A stretch of DNA of 64,000 nt from a virus. The translations under genes and the position numbers were made by a program. The stretch covers positions 1 through 64,000 of IMG/VR virus record IMGVR_UViG_3300010883_021048; one strand, given 5' to 3'. The notes beneath the pieces were generated by a model, which saw only the letters and a program-made list of their open reading frames with translations, did no database searches and was not told where the DNA came from. Below, one piece after another: positions 58,872-64,000 of the stretch (within the stretch, counting starts at the first letter, position 1; the number at the start of each line of letters is the position of its first letter).

Positions 58872-59309
58872 CTATGTATTATAGCCATCCGCGTCCGCGG
58901 AATAAAAGTGCAATGCACTCGGTATTAAAAAATCTAGACATTTAGTACAAAAGTCATCCTTTGTTACCCACTTGAACCCAACATGTTCTATTATTCCTGT
59001 GTGGGGGTTGGCTATTATCATAGGTGTATTATCTGTGCTAGCGCAAAAGACCGATAATATACCACTCTTGTAAGGTAAAGAGTCAAACAACATGTCTGAG
59101 CCTTCGACAGTTATAGAGCATTCTTCAAAACACTCTCTTATCGCCGCTGTCAGTTCAGGCTCTCCAGGTTCTATTACTCCCTTTGGTATATCATATAGCC
59201 CATCTTCTCTGATCAAAGCCAGCATTAAAGGCTCTGGAGGTACGGTAGACTCTTTTTTAAATAATAAGAATCCAGCTCCCTTCCTATGGTTACGTTTTAC
59301 TTCTCCCAT
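58872..59309 (-). CDS. Nudix hydrolase (Ap4A hydrolase-like)
   Basis: Nudix box GVIEPGEPELTAAIRECFEECSI; also GAGFLLF, DIPKG, EHVGFKWV. Confidence 0.88.
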   Translation of the reverse strand: MGEVKRNHRKGAGFLLFKKESTVPPEPLMLALIREDGLYDIPKGVIEPGEPELTAAIRECFEECSITVEGSDMLFDSLPYKSGILSVFCASTDNTPMIIANPHTGIIEHVGFKWVTKDDFCTKCLDFLIPSALHFYSADADGYNT

Positions 59310-59640
59310 AATCATCCTCCAGTCTAACTACATCATCTAAGTAGTTGGTACTAACTTCAATTACCTTCACATATGACTTATCTGTTGCCCCAAACCGATG
59401 TATGGTACCTACCGGGATGTGTAATGATTGTCCTGGGAAAAAACGGTGCTCAACGTCATTTTCGTCGTAGTTAATGAGCACGCCTTCTACAACATAGATT
59501 GTTTCTTCTTTTTTCTGGTGGTACTGCTTGGATAATCGTGCTCCAGGATTTATACAGATCAACTTACCAACATAGCTGTTAGTGTTTGCCCATATCTCTT
59601 CGTATCCCCACGGCTTATCTATTGTCTTTTTTTTACTCAC
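59290..59640 (-). CDS. Cupin, mannose-6-phosphate isomerase (ManC C-terminal)-like
   Basis: KPWGYEEIW, INPGARLSKQYHQKKEET, IPVGTIHR, DDVVRLEDDYGR. Confidence 0.82.
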   Translation of the reverse strand: MSKKKTIDKPWGYEEIWANTNSYVGKLICINPGARLSKQYHQKKEETIYVVEGVLINYDENDVEHRFFPGQSLHIPVGTIHRFGATDKSYVKVIEVSTNYLDDVVRLEDDYGRSKT

Positions 59641-60121
59641 CTGTAGCTCCTACGAGTAATGATGAGCTTTGTACTTTACCTCCACCAACTCCTAAGACTA
59701 CTTCACACCCAATCTGTTCACATGTGTTCCATTCTGGAATTACCTTAGGATCGTCTCTGTCTCCGCCCTTGGTAAAATAATCTGGTTGAAACAGTAATAT
59801 GGCTGCATCAACAGTTTGACAGCCATCATACCATTCTACGGCTAAGTCCACTCCACCGATCCCAGCGACAATCTCTAGTCTTTCTTTTGCGATCATAAAT
59901 GGCTTTCCTTTTTTATCTATTAGGAATTGATCTCCGTTAACCAAGACAACAACTTTGCCGTTATTGTTTTGTGCCATTTCCGCGGTATGTTGTAGACATC
60001 TCAGGTGACCAATATGTAATGGATCAAACCCTCCTGATGTCATATAAATTTTATGACCAGATTCTTTCCACTCTTTTATTACTTTTATCGCTTCTGGATG
60101 AGGCTGAATTGTTGTGTCCAT
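59633..60121 (-). CDS. HIGH-motif nucleotidyltransferase (TagD/RfaE-like cytidylyltransferase)
   Basis: SGGFDPLHIGHL, KKGKPFM...ER, KGGDR, KVQSSS. Confidence 0.85.
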   Translation of the reverse strand: MDTTIQPHPEAIKVIKEWKESGHKIYMTSGGFDPLHIGHLRCLQHTAEMAQNNNGKVVVLVNGDQFLIDKKGKPFMIAKERLEIVAGIGGVDLAVEWYDGCQTVDAAILLFQPDYFTKGGDRDDPKVIPEWNTCEQIGCEVVLGVGGGKVQSSSLLVGATGE

Positions 60122-60142
60122 TTTAGTCTCCCTTCTTTCTCT

Positions 60143-61777
60143 TTATATTATACTGTTCTTAAAATCACTTGGAAAAAACTGCTTGTTCCTAGAATAGAAT
60201 GTATCGAAATCTGAATCTAGAATATATGTAACAGCTGAATCGTCTTTTGATCTAACCGACCTACCTACAGATTGTACAATTGTTTTAGCGGTCTGTAAAG
60301 AATACCACCACTTCCACTTATTCATTTTTTTTCTGATCAGTTTATCTCCAAGGTATGGGTATGGTACTTTACATATAATCTGAAACCGACTTAAGTCTCC
60401 CTTGAGGTCTATACCTTCCGACATCGACGGAGATATTAACACGGTAGCAGTCTTAGATTTCTTATGCTTCTCTAAAATTATATCCCTGTTATCTGATCCG
60501 TGGATTAGTAGCCTAGAGCTTCTTATATTATTCTTTAAAAAGTGTGCAACTTTGTAAGAGTGACAATGTATTATACCCTTATCATTCTTGTGTTGTTTTA
60601 GTATAGCTTTAACGGCATCCACCATTCTAGGTAATGTCTCACCGATGTTTGATGAATTCATCTTTCCGATGCCGCTATAAATAATGGGCCTGTTCTCTAC
60701 AGGGAACGGAGACCTTAAGCTGATAAATGCGACTTGATCTGTAGGAATACCCACACACTCTATAAACGCATCTTTATCAAGGATAGTCGCACTCATCATG
60801 ATCACTACATCTCCGTAGCTGTACAGCATTTCGTCTGCATATGGTGCGATGTCAATAGGCTTAAATTGAACTTTCTTACTAGTGTATTTATCACCCTCTA
60901 TCTCGTTCATAATCCAATTATCTTTGTTGTATAGCTCTAGAAATCTACGTACCTTACACACATGCTTATCTAGCATATCATATTTTTTAGCTATAGAAGC
61001 AAATTCACCACTCTTTATTTTGTCTTGTAATCCTACATACTTCTCTAGCATCTTGCTTAAGTGTTTGAGCTTTGAAGAAATTGTGGTCATGTATGTGTCA
61101 CTAACCCACTGGATATATTGGAATTGTGTCATCCCGGTTGGGAGCCTAAAATTAAGAAAAGATTGACAGAACTTATCTGTTATTGTAATTTCAATAAACT
61201 TGCTAAGTTCAGAATCTATGTTATGCGCCTCATCGATAACCATAACTTGCTTTGGTAATAGCTTACCAGAGTATTGCGTCTCCGCAAGGAAATAAGGGAA
61301 ATTCGTAACTCCCTCCGAGCCGCCGATAAAGCTTTCCTTAGCCTTTCTATAGACACAATTAAATGAGCATGATTTCCAGAAGGAAGTACTCTTATCAGCT
61401 GTCTTTAAAGCCCTCAGGCTTTCCCCACATGAGGTCTTTCTATTAAAGTTGCATGTATAGTTGGATGATGATTTAATAGACTTCATGGGACCCTTGAAGC
61501 CTCCAAAGTCTTTAACATACTGATCTTGCAAGATCTTCTGTGTTGTTAAAAAGTAAGATCCAGACTCTTTATTCGTCGGCGTTGTTGTATCATTATACAA
61601 ACACCGAGCCACTGTCAATCCGATAGCGCTCTTACCGACCCCTGTACCGGCCTCAATGATTATAAACTTCTTACCCTCTTCTTTGATCGACCTAAGAGCG
61701 AAATCAATTGCCTCTTGTTGCTGGTCTCTAATAGAGGAATAAGGGAAAAACTTCTTAATATCTTGAGTCATGTACAT
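60143..61777 (-). CDS. DinG/Rad3-like superfamily 2 helicase
   Basis: Q motif IRDQQ, EAGTGVGKS, IDEAH, MSAT, SPFP, EGIDLKGDLSRFQIICKVPYP, QSVGRSVRS; Fe-S-type cysteines. Confidence 0.9.
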   Translation of the reverse strand: MYMTQDIKKFFPYSSIRDQQQEAIDFALRSIKEEGKKFIIIEAGTGVGKSAIGLTVARCLYNDTTTPTNKESGSYFLTTQKILQDQYVKDFGGFKGPMKSIKSSSNYTCNFNRKTSCGESLRALKTADKSTSFWKSCSFNCVYRKAKESFIGGSEGVTNFPYFLAETQYSGKLLPKQVMVIDEAHNIDSELSKFIEITITDKFCQSFLNFRLPTGMTQFQYIQWVSDTYMTTISSKLKHLSKMLEKYVGLQDKIKSGEFASIAKKYDMLDKHVCKVRRFLELYNKDNWIMNEIEGDKYTSKKVQFKPIDIAPYADEMLYSYGDVVIMMSATILDKDAFIECVGIPTDQVAFISLRSPFPVENRPIIYSGIGKMNSSNIGETLPRMVDAVKAILKQHKNDKGIIHCHSYKVAHFLKNNIRSSRLLIHGSDNRDIILEKHKKSKTATVLISPSMSEGIDLKGDLSRFQIICKVPYPYLGDKLIRKKMNKWKWWYSLQTAKTIVQSVGRSVRSKDDSAVTYILDSDFDTFYSRNKQFFPSDFKNSII

Positions 61778-61792
61778 CTCCTAATCTTCCTA

Positions 61793-61821
61793 ATTTTAAC
61801 AAGATCTTAAAAGATTTACAA
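61793..61821 (-). promoter_or_regulatory. Putative sigma70-type promoter TTGTAA-17-TAAAAT
   Basis: Upstream of the helicase AGGAG RBS. Confidence 0.5.
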
Positions 61822-61823
61822 CA

Positions 61824-62612
61824 CTAGTTATCTTTAAGAAAGTTGTTAATTAATTGTACAGTATCATTTGGCGAATTAACCATAAATGACCTATTCATAG
61901 TCGATAATTTTTCATAGATGTGCCAATCGTTGCCACCCTTCATACATTTATCCCCAGCAAAAAACACAGTATGTTCAGGGTAGTGTCTTAATGCGTAAGT
62001 TTTATCCCAGCCCTTAGGATATATGTCTAGACTAGTCGAGCCTCCTAACGCTATAGTAGCCTTCACACCCTTCATTGAACAGATATGTGTTATCGCTTCT
62101 GCGTAGTATTCTCTTATGTTATGTTTGTTATCTAAAGCAGTCCACGCTTCTCGCTCATGAGCAGTTGCATTTCTTCCGATAGGACACCAATTTAAGAGTG
62201 ATCCTCTATACTGCAAAAACGTGCCGGTGTAAGGGAGCTCTTCGTACATTGACATTATGATCAACTGATATGCCAAGCATCGTCTCAGTAATAAGGTGTG
62301 GTTTTGTGTACCTATTTCTTCTATCATGTTTGCACTAGATTGAAGCTTGAAGTCACCAGTACCCGTCGATACATATTTTTTCGTACCGTTGCAAGGCAGC
62401 AAGTCGATTCTATCACCGGGGATTCCTCCGGGTTTAAATGCTTCGCTCATTTGTTGCATTATATAGTCATAGTCAGATCCTGTTACTACACCAATCCTGT
62501 AATCCTTAGACAGCGTTTTTAAGGCATAGATTGTTTTTTGCTCTATTTGCCCCCTGACAGGTGTAAGCGTACCGTCCATGTCGAATAGAAATATTTTTTC
62601 TTTTGAACTCAT
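61824..62612 (-). CDS. Eukaryote-type phosphomannomutase (HAD-IIB, PMM2/Sec53-like)
   Basis: FDMDGTLT, VTGSD, FLQYRGSLLNWCPIGRNA, GGSTSLDIYPKGWDKTYAL, GDKCMKGGNDW. Confidence 0.88.
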   Translation of the reverse strand: MSSKEKIFLFDMDGTLTPVRGQIEQKTIYALKTLSKDYRIGVVTGSDYDYIMQQMSEAFKPGGIPGDRIDLLPCNGTKKYVSTGTGDFKLQSSANMIEEIGTQNHTLLLRRCLAYQLIIMSMYEELPYTGTFLQYRGSLLNWCPIGRNATAHEREAWTALDNKHNIREYYAEAITHICSMKGVKATIALGGSTSLDIYPKGWDKTYALRHYPEHTVFFAGDKCMKGGNDWHIYEKLSTMNRSFMVNSPNDTVQLINNFLKDN

Positions 62613-62633
62613 TGTTTATCTTCCTGATAATTT

Positions 62634-62640
62634 ATATTTA
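62634..62640 (+). promoter_or_regulatory. Putative phage late-promoter motif ATATTTA
   Basis: About 22 nt upstream of the protease start; the same ATANTTA motif precedes several minus-strand genes. Confidence 0.45.
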
Positions 62641-62661
62641 GCATTATACGGGAGGTCTAAA

Positions 62662-63450
62662 TTGCGAAGAGTAAAGGAAAAACTCTCATCAATAATTTTT
62701 GGGTTAGTAATATTGGTTCTTACCCTAACCGGATGTCTAAACCTTAAGATCCCTGGTAAGATAATAAGAACTTCTAACAACGTTGTAATCAAAAAAGCGA
62801 ATACTCTTTTCCCTATAGAGTCCTTTGTGATGATTAATCAACGCTTTTTGATAAGTCGGCAAGAATGTTTAGAGGGCGTGTGTGAAGATGTTGTGATCGG
62901 AACAAACGCGGGCAGTGGTTCTGGATTTATTGTTAAAAACTCTGCTAGCGAATCGTATATCATGACAGCAGGTCATGTATGTACACCCCCTCCCCCAAAC
63001 TTTCAAGTAGATCCCGACTCAATAAGCGTAGCATACAATATAAAACTAAAGACTGGCTTTGGAAGAGAGTCAATGGGCGAAATTATAGCTATAGATTCTG
63101 TTAATGATCTTTGTCTACTTAAAGCCTCCGGCGGACTCGGGGATGCTCTAGAAATTAGTGAGAATGATCTAATGCTACATGAGGAAGTATTTAATATGGC
63201 CAGTCCTGCGGGCCTAGCGGCGTCATTAGCTGTCCCCGTATTTGACGGATACTATGTAGGTAATATAGCCAACTTAAGTATATTTTCTATTCCAGCTGTC
63301 CCTGGTTCATCGGGATCGCCGATAATGACTGAGAACAACGAAGTAGTATCTTTAGTCTCCGCTGCAGCTATCAAATTTGATGAGTATGCAATCGGTCCTT
63401 CAACAAGATCAATAAGAGAATTCTTGCTGGCCTACTTACCCAACGATTAG
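62662..63450 (+). CDS. Trypsin-like serine protease with a putative lipoprotein signal
   Basis: GSGSGF, TAGHVC (His), DLCLL (Asp), PGSSGSP (Ser); lipobox LTGC. GGAGG at 62651-55 favours the TTG at 62662 (track start 62578). Confidence 0.85.
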   Translation: MRRVKEKLSSIIFGLVILVLTLTGCLNLKIPGKIIRTSNNVVIKKANTLFPIESFVMINQRFLISRQECLEGVCEDVVIGTNAGSGSGFIVKNSASESYIMTAGHVCTPPPPNFQVDPDSISVAYNIKLKTGFGRESMGEIIAIDSVNDLCLLKASGGLGDALEISENDLMLHEEVFNMASPAGLAASLAVPVFDGYYVGNIANLSIFSIPAVPGSSGSPIMTENNEVVSLVSAAAIKFDEYAIGPSTRSIREFLLAYLPND

Positions 63451-63723
63451 TAGTCGTCTAATAATAGCTTCTTTAATCTTAGAGTCAAGTATACTTGTTA
63501 GCTTATTAGACAGATTGATTGCAAAAAGATTCGCCTCTTGCTCAGAGTTAAACTTTTGTAGACCAGAGTTGTATCCCAACTCATCACACGTTATGGTCAC
63601 TGCTGTCGAGCCAAAGTCAGTAGGGTATATCTCTGTTGTAACTCTTTCGTCATTAAAATGACTAATAGGCTCGTTACCTAATGTTCTATAGTTGCTACCA
63701 ATACCGTCTTCGTTAATGTTCAT
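63436..63723 (-). CDS. Hypothetical protein
   Basis: ORF convergent with the protease gene, with a short overlap. Confidence 0.55.
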   Translation of the reverse strand: MNINEDGIGSNYRTLGNEPISHFNDERVTTEIYPTDFGSTAVTITCDELGYNSGLQKFNSEQEANLFAINLSNKLTSILDSKIKEAIIRRLLIVG

Positions 63724-63726
63724 AAG

Positions 63727-63978
63727 CTAGGGTCCTTCGTAGACATGCTTTCTAGTTAGTGTATTGCATGTGTTATCAGTCGAAACCGTTATTGTGCTTC
63801 CGATAGATAGATGATCTATATTGATTACGTCAAACTCGAACTCTTCAGGAGGTCTATTACTCCCGCTATTATCTTTTACAAAAGAGTCTTGACATGCTTT
63901 TGCTTCACTCATACAGGAATAAACGCCTAGTATTCTAGATCCGTCCCATCCTTTTATCGTTAGTATTACTACTTCCAT
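63727..63978 (-). CDS. Hypothetical protein
   Basis: GAGG RBS; ILGVYS....A motif common in small phage proteins. Confidence 0.55.
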   Translation of the reverse strand: MEVVILTIKGWDGSRILGVYSCMSEAKACQDSFVKDNSGSNRPPEEFEFDVINIDHLSIGSTITVSTDNTCNTLTRKHVYEGP

Positions 63979-64000
63979 TTTTCAAGCCTCTATGGAGTGG

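Noticed and set aside
351-62522. Numerous plus-strand ORFs of 60-170 aa in the track (e.g. 351-671, 13600-14073, 43269-43787, 47120-47578)
   Set aside because: They are antisense shadows of long minus-strand genes, with no RBS or recognisable motifs.
1-64000. Stop-codon reassignment, as seen in some jumbo phages
   Set aside because: Conserved enzymes are full length in the standard code, and TAA, TAG and TGA all act as stops at tight gene junctions.
1-64000. tRNA/rRNA genes, introns, inteins, transposases, diversity-generating retroelement
   Set aside because: Intergenic gaps are short with no cloverleaf seen by eye; I saw no intein, homing-endonuclease, transposase or reverse-transcriptase motifs. 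tRNAscan/Infernal were not run.

Overview
This is a fragment of a large (jumbo-type) tailed-phage genome, probably a myovirus with a T4-like baseplate. It is densely coding, almost entirely on the minus strand, uses the standard genetic code, and has GGAG/GAGG-type ribosome-binding sites. Layout: (1) 1-17.6 kb: virion, baseplate and tail module (partial fibre, two very large LamG-like proteins, gp6-, gp25- and spike/hub-like genes), then a gp55-like late sigma factor. (2) 19-42 kb: a ~23 kb glycan-biosynthesis island with about 10 glycosyltransferase genes (GT4, GT2, GT6, GT7C, GT8-like, GT11, GT90-like), gmd + ColD-type dehydratase + Fcl/ColC reductase (a GDP-colitose route), Ugd, a WcbI-like protein, NadE and two B12-dependent radical SAM paralogs. 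(3) An AT-rich tandem-repeat spacer at 42.3 kb, followed by two tail-fibre genes. (4) 49-64 kb: host-takeover and metabolic genes (PIN-PhoH, stand-alone sigma-70 region-4 protein, Hc1 histone-like protein, YkuK RNase H-like protein, a degenerate GroEL-like protein, a yeaH-spoVR-prkA module, Nudix, cupin, HIGH nucleotidyltransferase, DinG-like helicase, eukaryote-type phosphomannomutase, lipoprotein serine protease). The best candidate for an undescribed system is phage-encoded virion protein O-glycosylation. The structural proteins on both sides of the glycan island carry many copies of a hydrophobic-[S/T]-G-S motif that looks like a sequon, and the island encodes a GT90-like enzyme plus a colitose/GT11/GT6 set that could build a blood-group-like cap. 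All calls come from reading motifs by eye; no searches were run.
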